A stretch of 62,424 bases of DNA, filler included. It is 10 parts of 10 records of this genome, joined end to end, with 100 filler letters (N's around TTAATTAATTAA, not from the genome) between each part and the next. Parts side by side here need not be neighbours in the genome. Positions count along the whole stretch, not along the records: positions 32,613 to 35,727 come from SRR7504441_616; positions 35,828 to 39,001 come from SRR7504441_622; positions 39,102 to 45,698 come from SRR7504441_623; positions 45,799 to 58,692 come from SRR7504441_625; 6 more parts are not named here. The stretch is one strand, 5' to 3'. Shown one piece after another: positions 34,193-46,069 of the stretch. The notes below the pieces were generated by a model. The model ran no database searches, had not been told where the DNA came from, and saw only the letters and a program-made list of their open reading frames with translations. Made by a program: the position numbers and the translations under genes. Positions within the stretch are counted from its first letter, which is position 1. Each line of letters starts with the position of its first letter.

Positions 34193-34558
34193 ATGATTGA
34201 GAGCTGTATACGGAATACTAAGGCGTCTGATATCGCTTAATATCCGCTATTTGCGATGTAGAAATCGCGGAATCGCTTGAATTCTCAGGAAAATCTTGCA
34301 GCTAGAAAATCTACGAAACAGATCAGTGGTCTTTAGTACAGCAATTGGCCTCACTCTAGAACTCGTCCAGACTGGACGGTGCCAGCAGAGGCGGCAAAGC
34401 CTCGCGGGAAAAGATGGGAACATGATTAAATCGAGGTACATGGCGGATTTTGTGATTAATTAAGGACGGCGATCGATTCAGCCATATACGTGGAGGTTTA
34501 TGATAAATACGGTACGATGATGTAAGCTGCTGGTTTGATTTCTTGTGCTGGACGCGCA

Positions 34559-35281
34559 TTACCATTGGACTCTCGGGCGGACCAGGTCCAGGCTAGCTTT
34601 GGCAATATCCGGGAGCCCAGCATGGACCACAATGACCACGGCCAGCACAAGCACAACCTTCACCAGCACCACGAACACCCCAGCCTGCAAGCCGTCGAAC
34701 CAGGCCTCGGTCCCCTGCCCGGCATCGGGAGCCGGAAGTTCCGGCTGTCGCTTCTCATTTGACTCAGCAATCAAGACCCACGTGTGCCCTAGCGAATATC
34801 CTAGGAACAGCGCAGCTCCGAAGAACAGCATCCCGTAGAGCGAAGCCGTCACACACGCACCGGCCAGCCCTACCGAGCCCGCATGTTGGAGCCAGGCAAA
34901 CCATCTGCGATGCAGCGAGTCGCCAGCCGCCAAGTTGCCTAACGCCTCGGCGAATGAGCCCGGAGCTTCTGTCCCAGAGCTTCTGAATCCGGCTGCCCGC
35001 AGACTCGCCACCGCGACCAGCGGCCCGATCGCGGCTCCGGTCACCGCCCCGCAGAGCCCGGCCGCCGCAGCTCCGATCATGCACTGACGGCTCCGATCTG
35101 GCGTTGCTGCCGGCGCCGGGCAGCTCGCCGGATCCAGGCCGGGCTGCTCCGCCCGGCCCGGGTGGAGACCCATCAGTTGGTTGAGCTCCAGGTCTTGCGG
35201 TAGTCCGTACATGACCACGTAGCCCGGCTGGTTCACCGGCCCTTCGTCAGCCGCGCCAGTGCCGCCTTGGTCGCTCGCCAT
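34559..35281 (-). CDS. Small multi-TM membrane protein with IFI6/IFI27 (ISG12)-like Gly/Ala motif
   Basis: Hydrophobic Gly/Ala-rich segments. LRAAGFRSSG...GSFA...FAWLQHAGSVG resembles the ISG12 motif. Confidence 0.5.
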   Translation of the reverse strand: MASDQGGTGAADEGPVNQPGYVVMYGLPQDLELNQLMGLHPGRAEQPGLDPASCPAPAATPDRSRQCMIGAAAAGLCGAVTGAAIGPLVAVASLRAAGFRSSGTEAPGSFAEALGNLAAGDSLHRRWFAWLQHAGSVGLAGACVTASLYGMLFFGAALFLGYSLGHTWVLIAESNEKRQPELPAPDAGQGTEAWFDGLQAGVFVVLVKVVLVLAVVIVVHAGLPDIAKASLDLVRPRVQW

Positions 35282-35827
35282 GCGCCTCTACGATGCAGAC
35301 CAATCAATCAGTCGGACAGACTTCTGACAGCAAACATCAAGAATAGAAGTCTGCTCCGTCCGTTAAAAGGCGGGGCGGTCAGGCGCCCGCTCGACCGCTC
35401 GTGTGGCCGCTTGTGGACTATGATGATGATCGTCTAGCACCGTCTAGCAGCGTCCATGGCTGCGTCTAATGCGTAGTAAGTTGTTTAGTAAGATCTATCT
35501 ACTTGTAACAATGCTCGAAGGCGAGCCACGCGCAGCAAATATCTATGTAACTGGCCTATACGTTGAATCGCAAACCTAAATATTGGCAAACTGAACCATC
35601 GTGACTATGATCAGTTGCTATGTAGTTGCTATGATTGTACTTTCAGTGTGAGTCGGTACTTGAAATTGCGGTCGATTTGCTCAAACGGGTACCACTGGAC
35701 GTAGTTGGTATTCCAGAGATTATTCCANNNNNNNNNNNNNNNNNNNNNNNNNNNNNNNNNNNNNNNNNNNNTTAATTAATTAANNNNNNNNNNNNNNNNN
35801 NNNNNNNNNNNNNNNNNNNNNNNNNNN

Positions 35828-36358
35828 CGCACCCACCGCCTGCAGCACCCAGTTGCCGACGTCATTCTGGCCAGGCAGCCCAGCGCACTCGAAGCCGTCC
35901 AGGGAGATCACGTCCGCGCCCATGGCAGTGGCGCTCAGCGCGTCCGGGATGCTGACGCACTTGTGGATGACGCTGAACCCTCGGCGCTTGAGAGAGGCGA
36001 TCAGCGCCGGCTGGGGCGGTCCGGACAGCTCGGACAGCTGGAGGCCTTGGTCGGCCGCCGCAGCCACGTGCTCGTCAAACGGTACGGGCGAGTCGGGCAG
36101 CACGGTCAAGTTTACTCCGAGCGCCCCCGGACAGTCCGCCGGGAGCAGCGCCTGCGCGGCGCGGATCTGGTCGCGCAACGCCTCGGCTGTGGGCTGTCTG
36201 AGGGCGGTGATCATGCCAAGACCGCCGGCGCTGGCGACGGCGGCCGACAGCCCGGGAGAGCCGACGTAGTTCATCCCGCCTTGAATGACCGGGTGTCGAA
36301 TCCCGAGCCGCCGCGTGACCGGCGTGCTGAGCACTTTCGAGGGAGCACTCATGGACAT
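35828..36358 (-). CDS. Nitronate monooxygenase (2-nitropropane dioxygenase) family, 3' truncated
   Basis: LGIRHPVIQGGM, AGGLGMITA, GVNLT, IHKC, DGFECAG. Confidence 0.88.
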
Positions 36359-36391
36359 GCACGAGGATGCCGTTATTATTCGGGTATCGGG

Positions 36392-37463
36392 ATGGCTGCG
36401 CCCGAGGAGCCAGCGACAAAGAAGCGCCGGTTCGCGGTGCCTACGGCGGTCGGGCCGGCGTGCGAGCGGGGGCAGGGGGTGCAGAACCCGCAGTCGCAGT
36501 ACGGGCCGGGCGTGCTGGTCTCCTGCGGCTCCGGCCGGGAGCGGCAGGCTCGGCACCAGGCGGTCCAAGTGCTCCAGCGGGTAGTTGCCCGCACCCGCCA
36601 CCCTGCTGAGCCGCGCGGGCCAGTTCCTGCCGAGCGAGCCAGCCGCGGCACCGGACGCCGAAGGGTCAGTGCAAGCCGCGCTGGCCGCCGAAATCGCCGA
36701 GCTGAACCAGAGCTCGGGCAAGCGGCTTTGGGCGGTGGACACTGGGGTCAAGGTGCCTCCCGTCCGGCCGGCCGGAGCGGGGCTGCAGGGGCTGGTGTTT
36801 GTGCGGTTCATCAATTGCCCGTGCGCGCCGCACAGCGTGGTGGAGGCCATCATGCGGGAGGCTGAGCAGACAGGTGTGCGGCCAGCCCCGACTGGCAGCC
36901 AATCAGCGCACAGGCCAGCCGGTGCACCGCCACTTATTTAAATTCATCCCGCTCGAGCGCGGCTGCTTTGCGGCGCTCGATCAGATCGAGCAGCTCGCCA
37001 CTGAATACCTGTCTGAAGCCCTGGACAAGGCCAACCCTGAGAAGGTGCAGCGGTGCAGCGGCTGGGGCCAGCGGAGGCAGTTCGCTGTGGTGTACAAAGC
37101 TCGCTGCAACGACTCAATCAAGCGGACAGACGTGATAACCAAGGCGCACGCGCGGCGCTTGCTGGGCTTACGGCGGGCAGGTGGCGGGTGCTGTGCCTGA
37201 GGGGTTTAAGGTAGACCTGTCCAACCCATCAATCCAAATCATAGTCGAGATCTTCAAGGTGGGCCGGGGTCGGGGGCAGGCCGAGGGGTGGGCAGCACGG
37301 GTTTGGGATGAGCGTGGTCCGGGACTTCAACAAGTACAAAAAGTACAATGTCCACGAATTCTTGGAGCAACTGCACCCAAACACAAAAGACACGGAGCCG
37401 CCTGCTGCCGCCGCAGAGGAGCCGGCAGCGGTGGGGGAGGAGCCTGCGGGAGCGGTTGAGTAG
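36392..37463 (+). CDS. THUMPD1: THUMP domain protein 1 (Tan1-like), 7 introns
   Basis: Spliced: GVLVSCGSGRE, DTGVKGLVFVRF, FAVVYKARCN, KVDLSNPSIQIIVEIFK, GMSVVRDFNKYKKYNV. Confidence 0.85.
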
Positions 37464-37708
37464 GGCGCGGCCGGTTGAGAGTGGCACAAATGACCAGATT
37501 GCATGACCATCTCATTACTTAACATTACACGTAGTCCGTGACGTTGTGACGTGCGGTAAAATGATTGAGGGTCGAGTACATCGATCATGATCACGCCCGA
37601 AACCTGACACGTATGCAACACCGTGCTATGGTACACACGTTTCATATGTTATCTAGGTGGCGACTTGCGTAAAAATGTACCACACTAGTTAAATATCAGA
37701 GCCACTCG

Positions 37709-38812
37709 TCACGCCGCTTGGCCCCAGTCGTCCGGTCTATCCAGCTGCCCCTTCAGCTTAAGCTCGTCCTTCTCCTCCCCAAGATCGCTCTGCACAGCCC
37801 AAGGTCACACACAACGCGCGGCAAACTGGACCTCCTGGAGCAGAGCCAGCACATCCTGCATGAAGTCATCGCCTTGCGGATTCATCTTATACTCGTGCGC
37901 CTTCTCAATGGCCTTCTGGAACAGCTAACCCCGCAATAACGGCCCAGCACCGCAGGCCGCGGCTGCCTGGACCACATTGGTACCGTCAGCCGCTGATGCA
38001 AACTCGAGTGGCAGCTGGTGCTTGGCAGGGAAATTGAAAGGCTTCTTGGTGACTTCGTAGTTTAGGTCCACTTTATTCGCGCACACAATCACCTGCGCCA
38101 GCGTCACTGCTGCTATCCCCAGCTTGAGAGACCGGGATTGTGGGGCAGAAGTTGCGCAGCTCCTTGTACCAGTTCCCGAGGTTCTTGTAGGTCGATTTAC
38201 GGCCCACGTCAAACACCTGCGCGCTCGCTCGGGTCTCCGCTCGCTGTTGGACTGACCATGATGCAGGCATGTGCGTTATGGTAGTACGACGGGTGCATCG
38301 AGTTAAACCTGCCAGGCCATCCTCCAGCCCACACAGCGGCTTCGCGCTCACCGCTCCTGTCCCGCGGTGTCCCAAAAGTCTGCCCCACGCAATCGTTGAA
38401 GGCCAAATCCGGGCGGCAGCGCACCGACTTCCACTGGAATCTGCTCGCCGTCGGCCCCGGGCACCGTCGCCTGTCACGCAGTCGGCTTGACCCTCGGGGC
38501 CCCCGGCAGGCAACGCACCTCGTGCCGGAATAGCGTCAGCGCGTACGTCGAGAGCTGCTGAGGCTGGAAGCCGCCCATTAGAAACCGCTCCACCAGCCTG
38601 AAACCGTGCCCCGGTGAGTCCGGCGCCCGGAAAGGGGGAGTTCACTTTGACTTCCCGACGGCCGAGTCACCGAGTAGGATGACCTGCCTGCCGGATGAGC
38701 CCGCTGACACGCCGGGTGGGCCACGCGCCTTGATGGCGTCACCGCGGTCGATGTTGGCATCCTGCTCGAAGCCTTCGCCGGCAGGGAACTCGGGCGGCTG
38801 CTGCTGGACCAT
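37709..38812 (-). CDS. RABL2: Rab-like GTPase RABL2 (cilium-associated), 9 introns
   Basis: Spliced: IKVILLGDSAVGKSKLVERFL, QLSTYALTLFRH, DFWDTAGQERFNSMHPSYY, TYKNL, ANKVD, SAADGTNVV. Confidence 0.92.
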
Positions 38813-39311
38813 CCCGAGTCACGCGTCGGTAACCCGAGTACAAACTTAGAAGCAAAACTAAAGGGCAAAAATGTAGTGAAGAAAGATCGAACTAAAAAAA
38901 AAAAAGTTGACCTAACCTGCCGGCCAAATCTGAGACTTATGCGTATCCCCCGGCCATGGCAACGGTGTCCTTCACGCGGGGGGGGGGGGGGGGGGGGGGG
39001 GNNNNNNNNNNNNNNNNNNNNNNNNNNNNNNNNNNNNNNNNNNNNTTAATTAATTAANNNNNNNNNNNNNNNNNNNNNNNNNNNNNNNNNNNNNNNNNNN
39101 NTGATACCAAATACATGGCATACCCTAACCCCTAGAGCCTTATACAAGAGGGGTGGAATATATCAGAACCCTACTCCTGGCTCTAAGGGATAGTAAGGTA
39201 GACAGTTAGGCTTAATTAATTAATACAACACAAGTAAGGCGTACCGCTATTCCTCCACTAACTTAGAGCCTCATGCGACGTACGTTTATGAACAGTTCTC
39301 ACCGCTTGGTG

Positions 39312-40695
39312 CTAATTTGGCACTAGCTGGCTGCAAGGTGGCGGCTGCACCCGATGCGCCGTGCCGCTCACTGCCGAGCATTTCCAGCCTGGACTGGGGT
39401 TGGCAACGCTGCCTGCAATGCTGAAGTCAACGAACTCCAGATTAGTCGAATGCTTGTCTGGCAGTCCCTCGAGGTCGGCGGTGCTGAGTGCGTTCACTCC
39501 GGACCAGTTTCTCAACAGGATGCCGTCCACCACTGGCGTGTGATACCCCTGGTGCGGCAGTAGCCCACACGAGGGGTTGAGCCCCCCGTAGAAAGCATTC
39601 ACTTCGACCGCGGTCCCGACGCCATCGAGTGTCACATCCTGCATGCTGATCTGCCTGACCGATCCGCCGCGTGAGCGGGCCGTCTTGACTCTGAGCCCGG
39701 TAGACACATTCGTCCCCCTGAAACGCTTGACTGTCACGTTGTGCACTCCGCCGCTCATCTCGGAGCCGATGCAGATCCCCGCGGAGGTGGGCGAGCTGCA
39801 GCTCAGGTCCAGGATAGTAATGTTGCTGGAAGGCCTCCCGAGCCCGGGCCTGTACCCGAAGCAGTCCCAACCGCTCTTGATTGCGATGCAGTCGTCGCCT
39901 GTCCAGAAGCTGCTGTGCTCGATCAGCACGTTGGAGCTCGAGTCTGGATCCACCCCGTCGGTGTTGGCGCTGTGCGGCGGGTTCCAGATCTCGAGCTCGC
40001 ACACGTACACCTGATCGCTGTAGTATGGGTGCACCGTCCAAAACGGCGAGTTCTGCATCCTGAGCGAGCTGATGTGGATCCGGCTGCTGTTGATTAGCTC
40101 GACCAGATGCCCCCGGGTGAACTCGAGCGACCTGGCTTAGGCTCACAAGGCAGCCCGGCCCGCACCGGCTGTGCCCGTTCTTATCTGTCCTGTTCCACCA
40201 CACCGCACCGTTGCCATCAATTACGCTCTCCGGCCCGGCCCCGATCAGCGCCACGTCCTGCAGGTGCTCCCCGTGCACCAGCGAGCTGTAGTGGCAGCAG
40301 CTGTAGTCCCGGCCCCGGCCATAGGTGGGCAGCCCCGGGAGCACCGGGTGCAGGCTTATGTCCGGAGTTCCGACTAGCATCGCCCCAGCCTCCAGCCGCA
40401 GAGTCATGTGCGACGTCAGGTTGAAAGGTGCGCTCATCCAGCGGCCCGCGGGCAGAACCAGCTCGCCCCCGCCCCGCTCGGCCAGGTGCCCCACCGCCCG
40501 ATCGAAGGCCTGCAGGTTGTTGGCCGAGGCGGTCGAGGCTCCGAACTGGTCCAGCCGCACGCTCAGGGCCCGGGTGGGCGGCTGGCGACTGCAGAGCGTC
40601 TGACAGGCGGCTGGGGCGAGAGCGGCCAACAGCGCCACCGCCCACAAGGTCGGCACAGTGGGCTTGCCCAGTACAGCTGCAGTGCTTGCGCACAT
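39312..40695 (-). CDS. Secreted glycoside hydrolase family 28 (polygalacturonase-like), 1 intron
   Basis: Signal peptide, FNLTSHMTL, IDGNG, NSPFWTVHP, NTDG, GDDCIAIKSG, IGSEMSGG, RVKT. Confidence 0.9.
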
Positions 40696-40779
40696 TGAAG
40701 TTGAAAACGGAATTCACCGAAGGCCCGGCACGCTTCCAGGGAGGACCGGCGACGCGGCGGCCGTAGCGAGACCGGCGGG

Positions 40780-43700
40780 ATGGCGGACACAGTCAAGGTG
40801 TGCTGTCGTGTCCGGTGCGACGCCCTCCCTCCGGAGCCCGCCGTGTTGATCGGCTGGCTCTGCGCGGCAGGCCCCTGAACAGCAAAGAGAAGGGCCAGAC
40901 TGGCGACGCCACCTGCGTGAATGTGGACGAGATCAAGGCGCTCTGGCAGGAGCCGGGCTCGTCCGAGAAGCCCAAGGAGTTTGTATTCGACCGGTGCTTC
41001 GGGCCCTCCAGCACCCAGGAGGAAGTCTACAAGTACGCGGCCGAGCCGATCGTGGCCTCGATCATAGAGGGCTACAACGGTGCGCACTGGCTGCTGGCCG
41101 GCTGAGCGATGCTGGCAGGCACCGTATTCGCGTATGGCCAAACCTCCAGTGGCAAGACCCACACGATGGAAGGGCCTGACCGGAACGACCCTCAGATGCA
41201 GGCGGGTGGCAGCGCTGGGCTGTGCGAGCGCTGTGGCAGGGCGTGGTGCCCCGGATGATCTCGACAATCTTCGACAAGATCTACGAGTGCCCGGACGTGG
41301 TGGAGTTCCACATCAGCGTATCGTACTTTGAGATCTACATGGAGCGGGTCAAGGACTTGCTCAATCGTGAGCCGGCTCGCCTGCCACACTCACCCACCTG
41401 CAGCCAAGCACGACAATATGAACATCCGCGAGCACCCGCAGCGCGGGATCTACGTGGACGGCGCCACCGAGATTCAAGTGGGCGGCCCAGAGGACGTGCC
41501 GAGCCCCTGGCGGCTGTGGGCGAGCTGGTGCAGGTGCACAATGTGATGACGCAAGGCACCAGCAACCGATCGATCGCCAAGACAAACATGAACGAGCACA
41601 GCTCGCGGTCGCACTCGGTTTTTATGTTGATGGTCTCCCAGACCAACATCGAGGACCTGAGCAAGAAGAGCGGCAAGCTCTACCTGGTCGACTTGGCCGG
41701 TCAGCTGAGCCGGTCAGCCGGCCGGCAGCGGGGGCAGGTTCGGAGAAGGCAGCCAAGACCGGGGCGAGTGGCCAGAAGATGGAGGAGGCCAAGAAGATCA
41801 ACGCGTCGCTCACCTGCCTCGGTGGCTGGCTGGCCGGCCGGGGTCTGAGCTGGTGCAGGGCTGGTGATCACCAAGCTTACTGAGAACGCGGGGCACATCC
41901 CATACAGAGACTCCAAGCTCACTCGGATCCTAACGGTAAAACAGCCCGGGCTGCCGGTCTGAGCCGCTGGCGCAGGAGTCGCTCGGGGGTAACGCCAAGA
42001 CGTGTCTGATCATCTGTTGCTCACCGTCCGTGTACAACCAGACTGAGACGCTTGGGACACTCAACTTTGGCAAACGGGCCAAGATGATTAAGAACAAGCC
42101 CAAGGTGAACAGGGAGCTCTCGATACCGGAGCTCAAGCAGCTGGTGGCCAAACTCGAAAAGAAAATCGCCTCACAGCAAAAGTACATCAAGACGCTCGAA
42201 AGGTGCAATGGGGCTCGGGCGGGCTGACTGGTGGGCGCAGGAGACTGGAGGATTCTGGGATCGAGATCCCGGAGGAAGGGCAGGAGGTGGCGGTGGTGGA
42301 CGAGGAGGCGCAGGCGGGCGAGACGCTGTCTACGGAGGACGAGGAGGCGCTGATGGCCGCGATGAGCAGCAAATCTGTCCGGAAGGGCAGCCTGGACGGG
42401 CGGGAGCTGGAGCTGGCACAGCTGGCGATGGAGGCCCGGGAGAACGAGGACAAGATCCGGCAGTACGAGGAGGAGAAGGAGTTCATGAAGAGCCTGATGG
42501 ACGACCTACTTGAGCAGTTAGCCCAGAAGGAGGCCGAGAAGAAAACGATCTCTGAGGAAGTTGAGACCGAGATGATCGAGCTGCGGAGCCAAGTGGTGGA
42601 CTACGGGGAGGAGAATAACGTGCTCATCCAGAAGCTGGCCGACATGACTGCGGAGCTAGAGCAGGCCAAGAAGGAGCAGACAGTTGAGAAGCAGGCTGTG
42701 CAGCAGGAGGTGACTGCAGAGATGGACAGCTGGGCCGCCCGGGAGGAGGAGCTCAAGAAGAAGGCCGAGGACGCCGCGCTGGAGATGGCTCGGATGGAGA
42801 GCTCTCTCAAGTCGATGGCCACGGTGCAGGAGGACTCGGCTGAGACCAAGGCCAAACTGGCCCAAATGGGCGAGACCATCTCCAGCCTGGAGGCCGACAG
42901 GGCCAAGCTGAGGGAGCAGCTGCGCGAGGCGCAGGAGGGCGGCGGGATGGCGGCCAGCCAGGTTGCGGGGGAGGACGCGCTCCAGCAGGCAAACGACGAG
43001 GTGCAGCGGGTGCAGTCGGAGCTCACGAGTAAGAGCACGATTCTGGAGGCCAAGGAGGGCGAATGGAAGAAGGAGAAGGAGGGCTACCTGTCGCTGCATA
43101 AGTCGCTCGAGGGGCAGCTGTCCGACCTGAAGGAGCAGCTGTCCAAGCAGGGCGGCGAGTATGAGGAGCTCAAGGTGTCGCTGATGAAGGACCTGCAGAA
43201 CCGTTGCGAGAAGGTGGTCGAGCTCCAGATCAACCTGGACGAGGCCCGGGAGAACTACCACCGGCTGCTCCAAAACTCCAACCACCGGGTGCTCTCGCGC
43301 AAGGTGCTCTACCTGGAGCGCAGCCTGGAGACGCTCAAGGCCGCATACCAGGAGAGTGTGTCGCAGAAGTCGACGCTCAGAATCGACAAGCAGGTGGCCG
43401 AGAAGAAGTGCGAGCAGAAGGACCGCGAGCTCAAGACGCTCGAGGGCACGCTCAAGGAGATCAAGGAGGAGAACCGGTCGTACAAGATGCAGCTCGGGGT
43501 GGCCACCAGCACAGCGTATGAGAACTACATGAGCAGCCTGGGCGGCGAGTTCTCTAGCAGGGTGGGCGTGCGAGGCGGGGTGCGGGGCGGGGGCGCCCGG
43601 AAGGGAGGGATCAGAGGCGGGATTCGAGGCGGCGGGGGGATGACCACCCCGACCCACTCGCCCGCCCCAGGGGCCAACTCCGCCATCAAGCCGGAGGATC

Positions 43701-43792
43701 TGCCAGGGGCCGTCACGCCTGCCGAAGCGACCCCAGCGGCACCGGAGGCCGAGAGCGCGGATGCGGCTGAGGAGCAAGCTGCCGCGGTTTAG
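40780..43792 (+). CDS. Kinesin-1 (conventional kinesin heavy chain), 9 introns in the motor half
   Basis: Spliced: [65 protein letters not shown]. Tail motif [21 protein letters not shown]. Confidence 0.93.
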
Positions 43793-43984
43793 GCGGCGGT
43801 CGGACTGGTTGGCTTGCGGGTCTGCTACGGACGCAAAAGCCGGTATATTCTATATAGAGCTTTGAGCTTATGACAAATTGATCAAGCAAACGGATCCGGA
43901 TCGGAGTACTACCTAGGGAGTCCAATCATACTTTCAGGCTATTAATTAGAACTAAAGAAGGCTATTAAGGTTATGATGCCGACG

Positions 43985-44407
43985 TTAATCTCTCACGCGT
44001 TCTTGACCATCGCCCGCCGCTGGTTGTAGCTCGCGCGCAACTCGTCGCGCAATTCGTTTGCCTCGCGGTGAAGCGCCTCCTGTTTGTTCTGTCCGGTGCG
44101 CCGCAGCCGCTCGTTCTCTGTGCGCACGATCGCGCAGACCTTGCGTGCGTGCTTGAGCTCGACCTCCTGCTCGCTCATCCGCCGCTCGCACTCGGCCTTG
44201 GTCTCGGCCGCCGCGGCCAGCGCCGCGTCCTGTGCCCTGGCTCAGCCTGCCCGCCGAACCCCTCACCCGGTCGGCCTCGGATTCAAGCAGTGCGGCCTTC
44301 AGCTGATCCATCTCCTCGAGGAGCGCCAGCTCGCGCGTCCGTGCCTTCTTCACCTCCGCGAAGCTGGCATTCGACAAGGCATCGGAGGAGGCGCTTAGCG
44401 AAGACAT
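43985..44407 (-). CDS. Small coiled-coil hypothetical protein
   Basis: Two helical frames (EVKKARTRELALLEE; ELKHARKVCAIVRTENE) joinable by short introns. Confidence 0.5.
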   Translation of the reverse strand: MSSLSASSDALSNASFAEVKKARTRELALLEEMDQLKAALLESEADRVRGSAGRLSQGTGRGAGRGGRDQGRVRAADERAGGRAQARTQGLRDRAHRERAAAAHRTEQTGGASPRGKRIARRVARELQPAAGDGQERVRD

Positions 44408-44473
44408 TGTTCAAGTACAACCGCCACCTTGGACAGAGATTTTCGGACGAGAATAGCCAGCTGAGACGGGCCA

Positions 44474-45197
44474 ATGCAGCAGGCACCAACCACGCCACTG
44501 CCGTCGTCGTCACCGGCGCGGCCTCGGACGCCGCTGGTTAGCGGGCAGGAGTTCGACAGTGGGCGGGGCGGCTGGATCCCCAAGTTCTGCGGGGCCCGAC
44601 GGACGGTCTACAAGTCTGGGGCGGTGGGGCGGGCGGCGGGCGGGGCGAGCGGGGTCAGGTGTACGAGGGCCAGTGGGACATGGGCGAGTACCACGGAGAG
44701 GGCGAGCTGACTGAGTTCAACCAGGACCAGTACAAAGGCAGCCCGCCCGCAGCCTGGGGCCGAGCAGCCGGGCAGGCGAGTGGTTTGAAGGCAAGCGGAA
44801 CGGGCGGGGCAGCCAGCACTGGCAGACCAGCGGCGAGCAGTACGACGGCGAGTGGACCGACGATAAACGGCAGGGCGAGGGCGCGCATGAGAAGCCGGGG
44901 ACCCAGCCCGAGCGGTACGACGGCCACTGGGAGGCAGACCGGCGCTGCGGCAAGGGGACTTGCGTTTACCCCGGGCTAGGCAAGTACGTCGGCCAGTGGG
45001 CCGACGACCTGAAGAGCGGGAACGGGCGGATGGAGTGGGCCGACGGCGGGCAGTACGAAGGGCAGTGGGAGAACGACCTGCCGCACGGGTTTGGGAGCTA
45101 TACCGAGCAGGGCAACAAGAGCAGCTTCACTGGGCTGTTCTGTCGAGGACGGTTCCAGCGGCGGTGCAATAAGGCAGATGTGGACCTAATGAGCTAG
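44474..45197 (+). CDS. MORN repeat protein (2 introns)
   Basis: YEGQW...HGEG, YKGEWFEGKRNGRG, YDGEW, YDGHW, YVGQW and YEGQWENDLPHGFG repeats. Confidence 0.88.
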
Positions 45198-45342
45198 ATC
45201 TCACATGTTTTTCGATAACAATATAATTACACTAATTTGGGAAGTCGAGAACACGTACACATAACCGGACAAATTTTACGTACGATGAAATCCTCGTATA
45301 GCCATACTCGTACGTAGGCATACTCGTAATTCATCAGCCCTC

Positions 45343-45570
45343 TTAGGTTTGTTGGGCCTGAACGTACTCAATTGCCTCCCGGCGCAGCTGGCTGAAGGTG
45401 TCTGCGGGCAGCCCGACCCGTTCTCGCATCTCTTGGGCTGCCTCCTGCTCTGTCACGCTAGCGAACTGCTCCTCCGACTGGGCGAGCAGCTGACCGCAGA
45501 CCTCGAGCACCGCCATCTTGATCCTGCCGCCCGCCTGGGCCGCTTGGTTCTGCCGTGGCACCAGCACCAC
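45343..45570 (-). CDS. Short hypothetical protein or gene fragment
   Basis: GC-rich helical ORF (AVLEVCGQLL...LRREAIEYV) with an intron-like segment upstream. Near the contig end. Confidence 0.35.
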   Translation of the reverse strand: MVLVPRQNQAAQAGGRIKMAVLEVCGQLLAQSEEQFASVTEQEAAQEMRERVGLPADTFSQLRREAIEYVQAQQT

Positions 45571-46069
45571 TGCCCCCCGCCTCAGCCCGGGCTCGCATCC
45601 AGCTCACCGGTACGCCCCCCGTCGGCAATCAGCAGGTTGTGAGCGATCTGGAGCTCCAGCATTCGCTCAACTAGCCCCATCGCCACGCCGGCCAGCCCNN
45701 NNNNNNNNNNNNNNNNNNNNNNNNNNNNNNNNNNNNNNNNNNTTAATTAATTAANNNNNNNNNNNNNNNNNNNNNNNNNNNNNNNNNNNNNNNNNNNNGA
45801 GCACCACAATAGGGTTGCTAGTACTTATATATACAAGTAATAAATGATTGTGACTTTAATTCGTGTGCGTAACAACTCGAGATGGTACAGAATCCGATTC
45901 GATATCTGCATGCGAGCCGCGATTAGCCCGCGATCGACGTCGCTATTGGCCTGCATTTGCATCACCACACGTGTATATACTAGGCTTGGTCATACACCAT
46001 TCTCTGAAAATAAATTGATTCAAATTTCAGCTTATTTCCAGTTTGTGAGTACTCGTAGTCTATATTAAA

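Noticed and set aside
38952-38963. RFX X-box-like GGCCATGGCAAC upstream of ciliary RABL2 (reverse copy at 3172-3183)
   Set aside because: Only a half match. It is equally explained as ATG-GCA-AC, the start of a divergent gene, as it is at 3179.
38978-39001. Poly-G run
   Set aside because: At a contig end, so likely a sequencing or assembly artefact.
9460-43792. Apparent frameshifts or pseudogenes in GCP3, SNAP, PurD, RABL2 and kinesin
   Set aside because: All are resolved by short spliceosomal introns.
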